DNA of 64,000 nt from an uncultured Chthonomonadaceae bacterium. Lineage in GTDB: Bacteria; Armatimonadota; Chthonomonadetes; Chthonomonadales; Chthonomonadaceae. Both the position numbers and the translations under genes were made by a program. The stretch is from positions 544,001 through 608,000 of the forward strand of contig CAWFQB010000004.1 of the NCBI GenBank assembly GCA_963817895.1, given 5' to 3'. Of the stretch, positions 33,132-44,581 are shown piece by piece (the first letter of the stretch is position 1; every line of letters begins with the position of its first letter). The notes beneath the pieces are model-generated. The model did not search any database. It saw nothing but the letters and a program-made list of their open reading frames with translations, and was not told the origin of the DNA.

Positions 33132-33251
33132 TGCCAGGGATTGAAAACCCCTGTTTCAAAAAAGCAAGCGTCCTTCGGACGCAACCCTCTTGCAAAACTC
33201 CCGCGTCCGAAGGACGCTTGCACTTTCCTGCCGGGTGTTTTCAACACCCGG
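33132..33251. repeat. REPIN/BIME-like nested palindromic element
   Basis: Perfect 19-bp IR gcaagcgtccttcggacgc (33164-33182) / 33203-33221, flanked by ccagggattgaaaacccctg and ccgggtgttttcaacacccgg. A partial copy lies at 62337-62356. Confidence 0.75.
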
Positions 33252-33330
33252 TCAACAGAGAAGGATTCTGGTTGTGTGGAGGCGAACAGGCAAGCAAGGA
33301 CGCGCCGCAATGCAAAGGCGCGGGTGATTT

Positions 33331-35346
33331 ATGCTTCCTGCACAGCCACAACACAATACTGGAGACGAGGCAGACGGCCTTCCTGCCGCCACAACAGGGG
33401 AACTGCGCAGCGTGAGCGGGCGCGTGGTAGCCCTTTCCATGCTGCTGATTGGCATGATGTGCTGGTGGATCGCGTACTCGGAAATCAAAACCTCCACAAC
33501 GGAGATTACCTGCACCGCCCTGCCCATCGGCGTGATTTTTGTCGTGTTTGTGGTTGCCTGCGTGAATGCCCTCGTTGCGAAGAAGTTGCCCCGTTTCGCC
33601 CTGTCGCCGGGAGAACTGGCGACGCTGTATATTCTGGTTGCCGTCGGTTCGTCCCTTGCGGGCATCGGCATGATCGGCTTTTTGACGCCCGCGATTGCCA
33701 ACCCCGTCTGGTTCACAAATGACAAGTGGGGCCGTTTTGCCGATTCTGTTCCCGCGTGGTGGTCGCCCCGTGACGCGAACGCGGTACGCGATTTCTATTT
33801 CGGCAACAGCACCTTGTATACGTGGCCGCATGTGCGCGCGTGGTTCTTTCCCATTGTGATCTGGGGTGGTTTCCTGTTTCTCCTGTTGCTGATGACCTTA
33901 TGCTTTGCCGTGATTTTGCGGCGACAATGGGTGGAGCATGAGCGGCTGAGTTTCCCGATTACGATTCTGCCGATAGCTATGACCGCGCAGCCCGGCGGCG
34001 TGGCCGGCCTGCTGCGCAATCGGATGTTTCTGTTTGGGTTCCTGTTGCCGGTGATACTGCAAAGCGTGAATAACCTGCACTGGCTGTTCCCCAATCTGCC
34101 GGAGATTCCCCTCAAACCCACCGCGAACGGCCCGCTCGACATCGGCGCGATGCTGAAAACGCCGCCCTGGAACGCGCTCGGCTATTTCCCGCTTGCTTTC
34201 CATCCCAACACCATCGGCCTGTCGTATCTGCTGGCAACGGATGTGTCGTTCTCCTGCTGGTTCTTCTATCTGGCGCGGAAACTGCTGGATGTGGCCTGCG
34301 TGACGTATGGTTATCGCGATCCGGGCGCGAGCAGCGCGAGTTCGCGGATGCCGTACATGCAGGAGCAGGGCGTGGGCGCGTGGCTGTGCCTTGCCGCCTT
34401 GTCGCTGTGGATGGCGCGGCGGCATCTGGCTTCGGTTGTACGGGGCGCGCTGCATCCCGACAAAGCCGATGACGCGCGGGAAGCCATGTCGTACCGGCTG
34501 GCCTTAGTGGGCTGCGGCTTCTGCTTTGCCTGCGCGACGGCGTTCGCGTGGTGGGGCGGATTGCCGCTCGGCGCGTCCGTTTTGCTGTTCGTTTTGTTCG
34601 CCGCGTACATGCTGGCGCTGACGCGCATCCGCGCGGAAGCGGGAACGGCCTGGCATTTCGGCCCGTTTGTCACGGCCCCCGAAATGGTGACGCGCATTTT
34701 CGGCCCCATGTCGCTCAACGTATCCGCTATAAGCGTTCTTGCCTATCACACCTGGTACAACATAGATTACCGTTCCGTCACCACGCCGCACCTGTTTGAA
34801 GCCTACAAAGTGGCGGAAGCGGGCAAACTGCACCTGCGGCGATTGACGGCGGCGATGGTTCTGGCGATGCTGGTGGGGATTGTCTGCGCGTCGTGGACAG
34901 TGCTGCACCTGTATTACATTTACGGGGCCAGTACCGCGCACGTCAACCCCTGGCGCATCAACATGGGCAAAATCCCGTATCAGGTCGCCAACAGCCACCT
35001 GTCGGGCAACCGGGTCGGCACGGACACATCGGGACTGACCGCGCTCGGCGTGGGCGCGTTAATTACGCTCTTGTTGCACTTCGCCCGCATCTCCCTCCCC
35101 AACTGGCCGTTTCATCCCGCCGGTTACGCCATTGCCAACACCTTTATTCCCGACTTGCTCTGGTTCCCGTTCTTTCTGGGCTGGCTGGCAAAAAGCCTGA
35201 TACTGCGCTACGGCGGCATGAGAGCGTACCGCAATTTCCTGCCGTTCTTTATCGGCCTGATACTGGGCGATTACGTGATCGCCAGCCTGTGGACGTTCGT
35301 AGGCATGTTCCTGAACATCGAAATGTACCGATGCTTCCCGAACTGA
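33331..35346 (+). CDS. DUF6785/DUF6784-type polytopic membrane protein (putative transporter)
   Basis: 671 aa with many TMs; RRQWVEHERLSFPI, RIRAEAG, WPFHPAGY and PFFIGLILG motifs recalled from this family. Confidence 0.7.
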   Translation: MLPAQPQHNTGDEADGLPAATTGELRSVSGRVVALSMLLIGMMCWWIAYSEIKTSTTEITCTALPIGVIFVVFVVACVNALVAKKLPRFALSPGELATLYILVAVGSSLAGIGMIGFLTPAIANPVWFTNDKWGRFADSVPAWWSPRDANAVRDFYFGNSTLYTWPHVRAWFFPIVIWGGFLFLLLLMTLCFAVILRRQWVEHERLSFPITILPIAMTAQPGGVAGLLRNRMFLFGFLLPVILQSVNNLHWLFPNLPEIPLKPTANGPLDIGAMLKTPPWNALGYFPLAFHPNTIGLSYLLATDVSFSCWFFYLARKLLDVACVTYGYRDPGASSASSRMPYMQEQGVGAWLCLAALSLWMARRHLASVVRGALHPDKADDAREAMSYRLALVGCGFCFACATAFAWWGGLPLGASVLLFVLFAAYMLALTRIRAEAGTAWHFGPFVTAPEMVTRIFGPMSLNVSAISVLAYHTWYNIDYRSVTTPHLFEAYKVAEAGKLHLRRLTAAMVLAMLVGIVCASWTVLHLYYIYGASTAHVNPWRINMGKIPYQVANSHLSGNRVGTDTSGLTALGVGALITLLLHFARISLPNWPFHPAGYAIANTFIPDLLWFPFFLGWLAKSLILRYGGMRAYRNFLPFFIGLILGDYVIASLWTFVGMFLNIEMYRCFPN

Positions 35347-35431
35347 GGGCAAGAAGAGGAGACAAGGAGATTGGGAACCGCGAAATACGCTGAATACACG
35401 AAAAAAGATAAAAAATAAGAGAAGAACGAAT

Positions 35432-38311
35432 ATGAAAATTTATGGAATGGTGTTGTTGCTGTTGGTGGTTTTGTTGTTGATTGCGCTTACAGGGGCGGGC
35501 GCGAATGAGGCGAGGCTACGCTGTACGGCGGATACCAATGTGTCGTCCTATGAGGGTGAGCGGAATGCGAATTACGGGCAGAGTACGCGGCTGCGGTTGA
35601 AGGGCATTCAGATGCTCGCCCTGTTTCAGTTCGATACCGCGCCGATTGCAGGCTGGAAAGTGTCGAAGGCCACGCTGCATTTGCGCTATGCCAATGCGGA
35701 TCGAAAGCTGCGCACACTGGGTATATCCACCATCAGCGCGCCCTGGCAGGAAGGGACGGGCGTACAGGAGGCGAAGCCGGGAGAAACCAGTTTCCTGTGG
35801 CGAGAAAACGGCAAAACGCGGTGGACGGGGCCGGATACGGATTTTACGGATGTGTCGTATACGGCGGGACACACAATCGCAAGTTACGCCGACATTCGCA
35901 TGGAACCGGGCAAGGCGGGAGAAGAAGGCTGGTTTACGGTAAATGTCGAGCCGAAACTGGTGCAGGCATTGGTAGCGGGCGTGTCTTACGGGCTGGCGGT
36001 TTCGGATGAGAAGGGGCAAACCGCCGCCAATAACGACGTGTATTCGCGGGAACAGTCGAATTCACAACCCTATTTGACGGTAGAGGGTTCGCCGGACAAG
36101 AACGTCATTGTGGACGCTCTCGAAGTCAACGATTTTGCGCAAGATACACGTCATGCGGGATTTGGCGCGGGAGCCGTTCGCTTCACTCTGACGCCTCCAC
36201 GGGGCGCGTTTGCTTATAATGTGAGCGTGTCTTTGCCGGAAGGTCAACGTCCGCCAGTCGTTCCACGCTGTCAACTTCCGCTTGCAACGCCGGAGCAGCC
36301 ACAAACGCTGCTGCTCACAGGTTTACCGCCTGCACAGTGGATACAGGTGAAGTTGGAAGCCATAAGCGCAAGTGGTAAACCGAGTACCCCGCAATATTTT
36401 GCCTGCAAAACTTCGCCTGCCAAAAACGAACCTGCTGTGCTGCCCCGTCCTCCCATCGGCCCGCCCACAAACGCCTTTGCGCCTGCCAACGATGCTCTGC
36501 GCGTATGGGCGTACCCGGATACGGAGAAAGCCGATCCGGTTTACGGCAATTTGCTGGAAGAAGCGGGCGCGGCCCGGTATGCAATCTCAACAGGTCCTAA
36601 CTTTCGCCGAACGAACGCGGTTTGGAGCGGACAGACCATTCGCCTGAACGGGGCGCGGAATGAGATCATTGGCTTCAATTTGTTGATAGATGCCGTAAAG
36701 CCGACGCTTCATAATGTCCGCATAGAACGTGGAATGCTGTTTCAGGATGCGCGTGGAAAACCCGCGTGGAAATTGCAGGCAGACTTGTTCCGCGATTGGT
36801 ATGTGAAGGACGGCAACTGGTATCCCGAAATCTGCGTTCCGCTCACCAAGCCGTTTGACATTCCCACAACAGATAATGCGGTTCCCGGCCAGCGCAATCA
36901 GTCCGTATTTGTCGAGTTTCTGGTTCCGCGAACTGTTGCGCCGGGAACCTATCATAGCGGGATTACCGTTACCTCAGAGGGGAACACGCCCCTTCAAGTT
37001 CCGGTTGAACTTGTCGTCAATAATTTGACACTGCCGGATACCCTTGGCTTTGACATCAGCCTTAATACGTATGGCACGGTCGGGCAGTATTTCGGCATGG
37101 ACGACCATACGCCCGAATATCGCGCCCTCGAACGCGAGTATCACCGCATGGCGCACCGGCATCGAAGCACTCTGGCAATTCTGGGGTACTCCCATACCGG
37201 CAACATTTCCACCAATTACGCGCCGCCGTTGGCAGGGGAGGGCGCGAACCTGAGCGTAGCGGACTGGCAGGCGTGGGATACGCAGTTCGGGCCGTATCTG
37301 GATGGCACGGCGTTTGCCGATTTGCCCCGCGCCGGGGTTCCCATCACGCATTTCTATCTGCCATTCCACGAAGCCTGGCCGGGTGACATTCGCGGCCATT
37401 ACAAATACAAAGCCACAACAACGGATTACCCCGCCCTGATTGCGGAACACGCCCTGAATGCGCCACCGATTGCGCAGGCGTTGGACGCGGGTTTTGCAGC
37501 CGGGTTTACCAATGTCGCGCGTCAGTTTGCCGAGCATTTCAAGCAGAAGAATTGGACGCGAACGGATTTTCAGTTCTACCAGAATGACAAATACTACTAC
37601 AAAGACCCGAAAACGGGCGGCAGGGGAACGTCGTGGTGGCTGCTGGATGAGCCGAACCATCGGGATGACTGGCTGGCGCTTGCCTACTTCGACCGCCTGT
37701 TCGCGGTGGGAACGCGAACAGTGAAAGGCGTGTCCCTGCCCATGCGCGAAGACATATCTCGCCCGCAATGGCAGCGCGACTATCTGGACAATAACGTAGA
37801 TTTGATGGCAGTGAGCGGCGAATTGTTTACCAAAGGGCCGCGCCTGCGCGAAATGCAGGAGCAGTGGGGTGTTCGGCTGTGGAACTACGGCACGGCAAAC
37901 GCGGTCAATCGCTCGAATACGGAAGCGGAAGCGTGGGCCATCCGCGCATGGCTTGCGGGCGCGGACGCGGTTGTCCCCTGGCAAACAGTTGGCAGTGATG
38001 AGAACTACACAAAGGCGGAGGATACGGCCCTGCTGCTTCCTGGCAAGCGTTACGGCATTACCGGCCCGGTTGCCAGCCTGCGCCTGAAAGCCCTGCGCCG
38101 CGCCCAACAGGACGTGGAATATCTCCTCCTCCTCGCCAAATCCAGACATTGGGACAGAGAACAGGTCGGCGCTGCGCTGCGCAATCTGCTCACTACCAAC
38201 GGCGCGTTCCATAAAAACAATGCTGATGACGCGGGCAGTTATCAGTTCGGGACATTACGGGCGGGTAATTTCATGGATGTGAGACGGGGAGCGGCAATGG
38301 CAGCGAAGTGA
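35432..38311 (+). CDS. Secreted multidomain putative glycoside hydrolase (DNRLRE-like N-terminus, DUF4091-type C-terminus)
   Basis: Signal peptide; ADTNV..NYG and YSREQ..QPYL in the N-domain; WLLDEP and SLRLKALRRAQQDVEYL in the C-domain. Confidence 0.65.
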   Translation: MKIYGMVLLLLVVLLLIALTGAGANEARLRCTADTNVSSYEGERNANYGQSTRLRLKGIQMLALFQFDTAPIAGWKVSKATLHLRYANADRKLRTLGISTISAPWQEGTGVQEAKPGETSFLWRENGKTRWTGPDTDFTDVSYTAGHTIASYADIRMEPGKAGEEGWFTVNVEPKLVQALVAGVSYGLAVSDEKGQTAANNDVYSREQSNSQPYLTVEGSPDKNVIVDALEVNDFAQDTRHAGFGAGAVRFTLTPPRGAFAYNVSVSLPEGQRPPVVPRCQLPLATPEQPQTLLLTGLPPAQWIQVKLEAISASGKPSTPQYFACKTSPAKNEPAVLPRPPIGPPTNAFAPANDALRVWAYPDTEKADPVYGNLLEEAGAARYAISTGPNFRRTNAVWSGQTIRLNGARNEIIGFNLLIDAVKPTLHNVRIERGMLFQDARGKPAWKLQADLFRDWYVKDGNWYPEICVPLTKPFDIPTTDNAVPGQRNQSVFVEFLVPRTVAPGTYHSGITVTSEGNTPLQVPVELVVNNLTLPDTLGFDISLNTYGTVGQYFGMDDHTPEYRALEREYHRMAHRHRSTLAILGYSHTGNISTNYAPPLAGEGANLSVADWQAWDTQFGPYLDGTAFADLPRAGVPITHFYLPFHEAWPGDIRGHYKYKATTTDYPALIAEHALNAPPIAQALDAGFAAGFTNVARQFAEHFKQKNWTRTDFQFYQNDKYYYKDPKTGGRGTSWWLLDEPNHRDDWLALAYFDRLFAVGTRTVKGVSLPMREDISRPQWQRDYLDNNVDLMAVSGELFTKGPRLREMQEQWGVRLWNYGTANAVNRSNTEAEAWAIRAWLAGADAVVPWQTVGSDENYTKAEDTALLLPGKRYGITGPVASLRLKALRRAQQDVEYLLLLAKSRHWDREQVGAALRNLLTTNGAFHKNNADDAGSYQFGTLRAGNFMDVRRGAAMAAK

Positions 38312-38430
38312 TTCGTTCTGTATCTGTCCCACATTGTCAGCGCGACGGTCTAAATCTATTCGCGCGCTTATATGTATGCCTGTTGCATTTATTCGCGTGT
38401 ATTTGCGTTCATTCGCGGCTAACCTCGTCT

Positions 38431-39247
38431 TCACGCGGTTCCGGCGAAATTGGAGTTGTCGCCGAGGCCTTCGCTGCCTAACGCGAGGTAGCCGCCGTCT
38501 ACGGGGAGTTCCGCGCCTGTGATAAAACTGGCGTCATCGCTGCATAAGAACAGAATGGCGCGGGCAATTTCGCGCGGTTCGGCGCAACGCCGCAGCATGG
38601 AAAAGCGGCCCCAGATCGGTTCCCATCTGGCCCGGTCGCCCTGCGCGGCTTTGTCCACTTCCGGGCGTCCATGTCCAGCCGGGGCTGACCACGTTGACGC
38701 GGATGTTATCGGTTGCCATGTCCAGCGCCTGGCAGCGCGTCAGGGCGAGAATGGCTCCTTTGCAGGCGTTATAAGTCCAGCGATTAGGTTGGGCGATATG
38801 GGCGGATATGCTGCTGATATTCACAATCGCGCCGCCACCTGATTGTTTCTGCGAACCGGTTTGCTTCATCAGGGGATGACACGCCTGCGCCATGTTCGCG
38901 TTGCCCTGCACGTTCACGCTCAGGCTACGCTCCCAATCGGGCGGCGTCGCGTCCAAACCCTTGCCGATGAAACTGACCGCGCTGTTGACCAAGTAATCCA
39001 GTCGCCCCTGCTGTGACGCAAATCCCAGGGCGGCAGATTGACATTGGGCGGCATCGGATACATCTACGCGGGCAAAAATCGCTTTGCCACCCTCCTGCCG
39101 CAACTCCCCCGCAAGATTTTCGCCCGCTTCCGCGTTGATGTCGAAAACGGCAACCGCTACGCCCTCGCGAACAAACTCGCGGGCTGTCGCCTCTCCAATT
39201 CCCGACGCGCCCCCGGTTACAATCGCCGTTCTCCCATTCCAATTCAT
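38431..39247 (-). CDS. SDR oxidoreductase (frameshift near 38665)
   Basis: [22 protein letters not shown] and [12 protein letters not shown] motifs. Confidence 0.9.
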
Positions 39248-39322
39248 GTTGTTTCTCCTCTGTCACTAAAGATATAAAAGCAGCGACAACCGCCATCGGA
39301 TGTCACTGAACCCGCGGAAAAG

Positions 39323-39350
39323 GGAACATTACTCGGAATTCCTCTGTCTA
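39323..39350 (+). promoter_or_regulatory. Putative ECF-sigma (sigmaE-like) promoter
   Basis: GGAACAT-N16-GTCTA upstream of the Gly-rich protein gene. Confidence 0.4.
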
Positions 39351-39482
39351 TCATGTAACGAGTTGAACGGCTTATCTGTCTGCACCATCGCCTTACAAAG
39401 CGGCTGGCAGGAGAGGCGTTAATTATGTAAGACAGACTCGTTGCGCGCCAGGCAGCGCGCGTTTATGCCAGGAGGCTTTACC

Positions 39483-40046
39483 ATGATTTCGAGAACATCT
39501 GATACCTTGCGAAAAGCAGGGAATCCATTGATACTGCGACGTTCCCTTGCGCTTGCCGGCAGCCTGTCGGCGCTGCTTCTACTGTTGGCGGGGACACAGG
39601 CCGACGCCAAACAGGCGCATTTTCGTTATAACGGAGGGCGCTGGGGCCATGAGCGTCATGCGGGCTGGAATCGCTACTGGGGTGGCCCCTCCATCGGTTT
39701 CTATTACGCGCCCTCTCCTGTTTACGTCGTTCCCGGCTACGCGGCTTCGTCCTACTATAGCGGGCCTGACTTTTGGACTTCCAATCCATCGTTCGGCATA
39801 AGCCTCAACTTTGGCGGCGGCGGATATTACGGTGGGGGTGGCTACTATCCGGGTAGGTACAGCGGCAGGGATTACCATCGAGGCTACTATGGCGGCAGCG
39901 GGGCGCGCTACCACGTCAGCCCCTCCTACAATGGCGGACACACCTACGGCGGCGGCCACACTTATGGTGGTCAGACGGGTCACACTTATGGCGGCGGGCG
40001 CTCCTCGGGAGGCGAACGCTCCTTTGAGGGTCGTGGGCGCAGATAA
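39483..40046 (+). CDS. Secreted Gly/Tyr/His-rich low-complexity protein
   Basis: GGAGG RBS, signal peptide ending ADA, GHTYGG repeats. Confidence 0.7.
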   Translation: MISRTSDTLRKAGNPLILRRSLALAGSLSALLLLLAGTQADAKQAHFRYNGGRWGHERHAGWNRYWGGPSIGFYYAPSPVYVVPGYAASSYYSGPDFWTSNPSFGISLNFGGGGYYGGGGYYPGRYSGRDYHRGYYGGSGARYHVSPSYNGGHTYGGGHTYGGQTGHTYGGGRSSGGERSFEGRGRR

Positions 40047-40077
40047 GATTCAAAGCCACTTTTATAAGCGTGTCTAT

Positions 40078-40115
40078 CAAGCGTCAGGCAAATTTGCGAG
40101 TTTGCCTGACGCTTG
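40078..40115. terminator. Hairpin between convergent genes
   Basis: Perfect 15-bp IR caagcgtcaggcaaa / tttgcctgacgcttg. Confidence 0.65.
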
Positions 40116-40197
40116 CCGTTTGGCCTGTATGAATTCTTTACCCTGTTCGCGCCTGTTCTGAAGCGTAGCAAGCGTGGTACAGGTTATGAAACTGTGC

Positions 40198-42722
40198 CTA
40201 CTTTGCCCCCTGATGCAGCCGAATGACCGTGTAGGAGTAGGGCGCGACGTTCAGCGTAAAATGTTCGCCTGCGTCGTTCAGCGTGGAAGAGACGCTGCGG
40301 GTTTGTTCGGGAGTGTCGGGCGTGTTGACGGCCTTTAAGTCGCCGCTGAGTGTCCACACATCGGCGCGGGGCGCGACATTGCTAAATCCCGAAAGGGAAA
40401 TGGGAAGGGTATGGGAAGCGTTGCCGATGTTGACGATGTGCAGCGCGAGGGTTTTGCCGTCTTCGCTGCGCGTGGCGGTCACGTCTATATCCCCATTCGC
40501 GATTTTCGATTTTACTCTCCACGCAAAGCGGCTGATAGTTACTCGCCGCCATCTGCTGCGCGTAAAAGGGCGGCATGCCCCATACTTTATCGGGCGTGAA
40601 GAAGATCTGGCCCTGATCCCAGCCGTTGTCGTTTTGCAGCCAGGGCTGAAGGCAGTTGGCGGGGCAGTCCATCAGGACAAAATCGCCATGCCGCTGCGTG
40701 ACATTCAGGATATGCGCGTGTCCGAGCGCGCGCTGCAGGTCGTGCCGTCCGCCGTTCTCCTCGAAAATGCAGGCTTTCAGTTTGGTTCCGGGCGACCATG
40801 CTTGAAACAACTGCCGCATCTGCGTTAATTGCCGGTCTACGTTCGCGCCCTCGCGCAGATCGTCGCCCCCGACATGAACATCCCATAGCGCGGCTTTGTC
40901 GCCCAATTCCTGCACAATCTGCTTGCAGAACGGTTCTTCCGGTCGCCACCACGCCGCAATTACGAATTGAAGTTCGGGATTGCGCGTTGTGCATCGCCGC
41001 GTACAGCAGTTTGAACCGTTCAAGATAGCGGGCATACCAATGCTTTGTTGCCGTCAATGGCTTCCTCGTTGCCGATTTCGATATATTTGACATGGTAGGG
41101 CGCGGGATGGCCGTTCTGAGCGCGGACTTTGCCCCATCGCGAAGTTTCGGGGCCGTTCAGATACTCCACCATATCGGCTACGTCTTCGGGCGTTTCGTCG
41201 ATGTTGATGGCAAACGCGGGTTCGATATGCGCGGCCTCGCAAAACTGCAAAAACTCTTCAATGCCGAATCCGTTGGTGGACTGCGGGATTCCACCAGCCT
41301 TTTACCTGCGGGCGTTTGTCGCGCGGGCCGAGCATGTATTTCCAGCGATAGGTGGGCGCGTTTACCATCGAGCCGCCGTAGCGCAGAAACGTCAGTCCCT
41401 GTTTTACGAAGGCGTTGGCAATGTCGGCGCGAATGGGCAGATTGTGAAACAAATCCTTCCCGGTCGGCATGAGTTCCACGTAATCTATCCACAGCGTACC
41501 CGGCGTGTCAATCCAGAGGGCAAAGCGGGCACGCGGATCAGAAGTGTTCGAGCTGCAGGGTAAAGTCGCGGCGCGTCCATTCGGAGCTTACCGAGCGTAA
41601 GTTCCTGTCGGGCATACGTGCGGCTGCCATCCGCGCTTTGCAGAGCAACCGTGACGTGTCCCGCAAAATTCTGCCCGACGCAGGTAAACGTACCCCTGTG
41701 AACTGCTGCCCCTTACGCGACAGCAATTCCCCAACGGTTCAGGCCGCTATTGGCGACTCCCGCGATACCTTCGTCCTTCTCCTCGCTCGATGCGCTGCGA
41801 ATAGGCGGTATTGTAGGCGTCCTTGCTGATCCCACGTATAGCGCGTGGGCGCGTTCCCCGTTTGTACCCGGTCCCACATTCCGCTGATGGTGTCGCTGCC
41901 TGCGGGTATAGTGGACTGTTGTAGCGTGTCTGTCGGTTTTGCCCTGCGCGGTTGTGATGACGCAGATTGCGAAAGGCGGCGTTTGTATTCCAGGTGCGCA
42001 GCCCGGCCTTGCCCGCTAGAATAGCGTCCGCGCCGTCCGTATATTCCAGTTGCGGGGTTGCCGCGTTATCCAGCGTGACGCGCAGGGTCGGCCCGGTCAG
42101 TTCCACGCGCAGATGATGCCATTTTCCCGGCTGAATATCGGCGGGAACGGTTTTGAGCAGATGCCAGTCGTCGCGATGCCGGTGCAGCGCGAGATTATGG
42201 TCACTCGCGCTCAGGCTGACCTCGTAGCCCGTCCAGGTATCCGCGCCGACGCGGGGATTGGACACGCGAACAATCAGCGCGGCATTTCCCGCGCGGGCGT
42301 CCGCGAATTGCAGATCACACTCTACAACGCCGTCTCGGATTTCCCCGTCACCGCGCACCAGTTTCGCGCCCGCATCCGCCTCCACATGCAAGGCCTCGTC
42401 CTGAACGCGCCACTGCCCGCCATACGCCATCCAGATCGGAAGCGGGCTGCGGGAAAGCGGCGGCTCCTCGAAACTCTCCCCGAAAATCAACTGCGCGTAC
42501 AGCCCGCCATAAATCTCATGGTTGACATCTTCGATACACGACCCGGTCATCCAGGGCGTGATACGGTTCGTCACTTTGTCCGCATTGACATGAATAGTTC
42601 ATTGGCGTACTGTTGGACGCAGACGTTTGCCCGCATAGCTGTAACTGCGACTGACATAACAGACAAAGCGTTAAACAGGTAGATTCCGGTTCAACCGGCA
42701 TATAAAAAACCCCGGCTGTCAT
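40198..42722 (-). CDS. GH51 alpha-L-arabinofuranosidase-like protein with an inserted DUF1080-like domain (many frameshifts; start approximate)
   Basis: IEDVNHEIYGGLYAQ, LRYGG, DMVEYLNG, IEIGNEE and FEENG motifs, with a C-terminal NT...APYSYTV domain. Confidence 0.8.
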
Positions 42723-42825
42723 GGCCTGCGGCCAACCGTCCTGCGGACGAAGATTGCGCTACGTTCATAGGAATTTGCCTGTAATTGGGAATGTCGGTGA
42801 GAAGAGCGCATTTTCGGCGCAACGT

Positions 42826-42855
42826 TTCATCCTTCATTCTTCATCCTTCATCCTT
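42826..42855. repeat. ttcatcc heptamer array just after the SDR stop codon
   Basis: ttcatcc ttcattc ttcatcc ttcatcc, the same unit as in the two GT4 cassettes. Confidence 0.85.
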
Positions 42856-42856
42856 T

Positions 42857-43667
42857 TCAAGAGTGCATCACCTGCCCGCCGTCCACGTTGAGCGTTTGCC
42901 CGGTGATGTTTTTGGCGTGGGGAGAGGCGAGATATACGGCAAGGGCGGCGATCTCCTGCGGTTCCTGCCATTGTCCGAGCGGCGCGACCTGCCGCACTTT
43001 CGCCGCCCCCCAATCCTCATAGCTCAATTGGTTTTCCGGCTCTTGTCTGTCGTTCCACGCCTGCCAGACAGCCCGGTTCAATTCCGTCTGCACCATGCCG
43101 GGACAGATAACATTGACGCGAACGCCATAGGGCGCGAGGTCTTTGGCGGCGCACTGCGCGAAGTTGATAACCCCGGCTTTGGCCGCGCTGTAGGGCGGGT
43201 CGGTTTGCGAACCGATCTGCCCCGCAATGGAGGCCAGAAACAGCATCGTGCCGTTTCGGTTCTGCGCCATAGTGGGCGCGAACGCATGGGCGGCATTGAC
43301 CGCGCCCATGAGATTGATTTCCAACACGCGCTGCCAATCGCCCGGTTCCAGATTCCAGAACGGGAACCCGAATTTGCCCGAACCCCGGCCCGCCGCATAA
43401 ATCAGATGTGCGCAGGTTCCCAATCGCGGCTTGAATGGCTTGAGCCGCGCTTTGCACAGCGGCGTAATCGGTGGCATCCACCTGCAAGCCAAGCGTTTGT
43501 ACGCCATACTGCGCCGCCACTTCCGCCGCCGTCGTTTCCACAGCCGGCGCAATGTCCAGCAGCGCGACATTCGCTTTTTCGGCGGCAAACGCTTCCGCAA
43601 TCGCCCGTCCCATCCCCTGCGCCGCCCCGATAACAACGGCGGTTTGTCCTTCAAGTTGTAAGTTCAT
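42857..43667 (-). CDS. SDR oxidoreductase (frameshift near 43410)
   Basis: GAAQGMG, YSAAK, VRVNVICPG and ITGQTLNVDGG motifs. Confidence 0.9.
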
Positions 43668-43689
43668 AATTAGGTCTCAGTCGGAACGT

Positions 43690-43812
43690 TTCACCACCAA
43701 GACAGCCAAGACACCAAGAACACCAAGAAATGCAAAGAGAAAAACGCTGATAAAATCGATTGGGATAAGTCTTCTTTTCTTCTCTTGGTGTTCTTGGCGT
43801 CTTGGTGGTGAA
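43690..43812. repeat. Inverted-repeat element with CACCAAGA 9-mer-periodic arms
   Basis: ttcaccaccaagacagccaagacaccaagaacaccaaga ... tcttggtgttcttggcgtcttggtggtgaa. Confidence 0.85.
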
Positions 43813-43815
43813 TAA

Positions 43816-44560
43816 CTACTTCTGGTCATAGCCGGTCACAGGACGAATCCAGATGTTGCGGAAGCGGACGAGGTCGCCGTGATCCTGTAGGCGAAGCGGG
43901 CCGACAGGCGGATGCGAACCTTTGGGCGCAAGGTTGCGGTGCTGTGTCGGGCCTTGCAGGGGCGTGGCGTGGTGCAGCACGAACGCCATTGAGCAGAACC
44001 GTGACGACGGCGGGATGCTTGATCTCTTCGCCTTCAAAGCGGGGCGCGCTCCAGAGGATGTCGTAGGTTTGCCATTCGCCGGGTTTGCGGCAGGCGTTGA
44101 CAAGGGGCGGATACTGCCCGTACAACGCGCCCGTCGTGCCGTCCGCATACGTGGGGTTGTCGTAGCAGTCCAATACCTGAATTTCGTAGCGTCCCATCAG
44201 GAACACGCCGCTGTTGCCCCGGCCCTGACTGTCGCCTTTGACGACGGAAGGCGCGGCCCATTCCAGATGCAGTTGACAGTCGCCGAACTCCTGCGCGGTT
44301 TGAATGTCGCCCGTTCCCGGCGCGACTTCCATAAACCCGTTTTCCACTTTCCACGTTGCCGGCCCGCCTTTTACGGCTGTCCAACCCGACAGATCGGTTC
44401 CATCGAACAAAACAATGGCATCGGAGGGCGGCTGTCCGGGCGCGTCGGGCGTACTGCCGGTTCCCGGCTGAATGACGCGCGGCTGCGGGCGTTGAGAATC
44501 GTGGACCCGGTACGCCATTCCGGGGATCATGGGCGTATCGTCATATCCAACATTGGGCAT
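43816..44560 (-). CDS. DUF1080 (3-keto-glycoside hydrolase-like) protein (frameshift near 43980)
   Basis: [39 protein letters not shown] and VRFRNIW motifs. Confidence 0.9.
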
Positions 44561-44581
44561 GATAAATCTCCTTCGATAACA

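Noticed and set aside
39483..40046. RiPP/bacteriocin precursor
   Set aside because: It has an ordinary Sec-type signal and no modifying enzymes, peptidase or exporter nearby.
40500..40517. aaaatcg x2 as another in-frame repeat insertion in the GH51 gene
   Set aside because: Only two units and adjacent to a frameshift; too weak to call.
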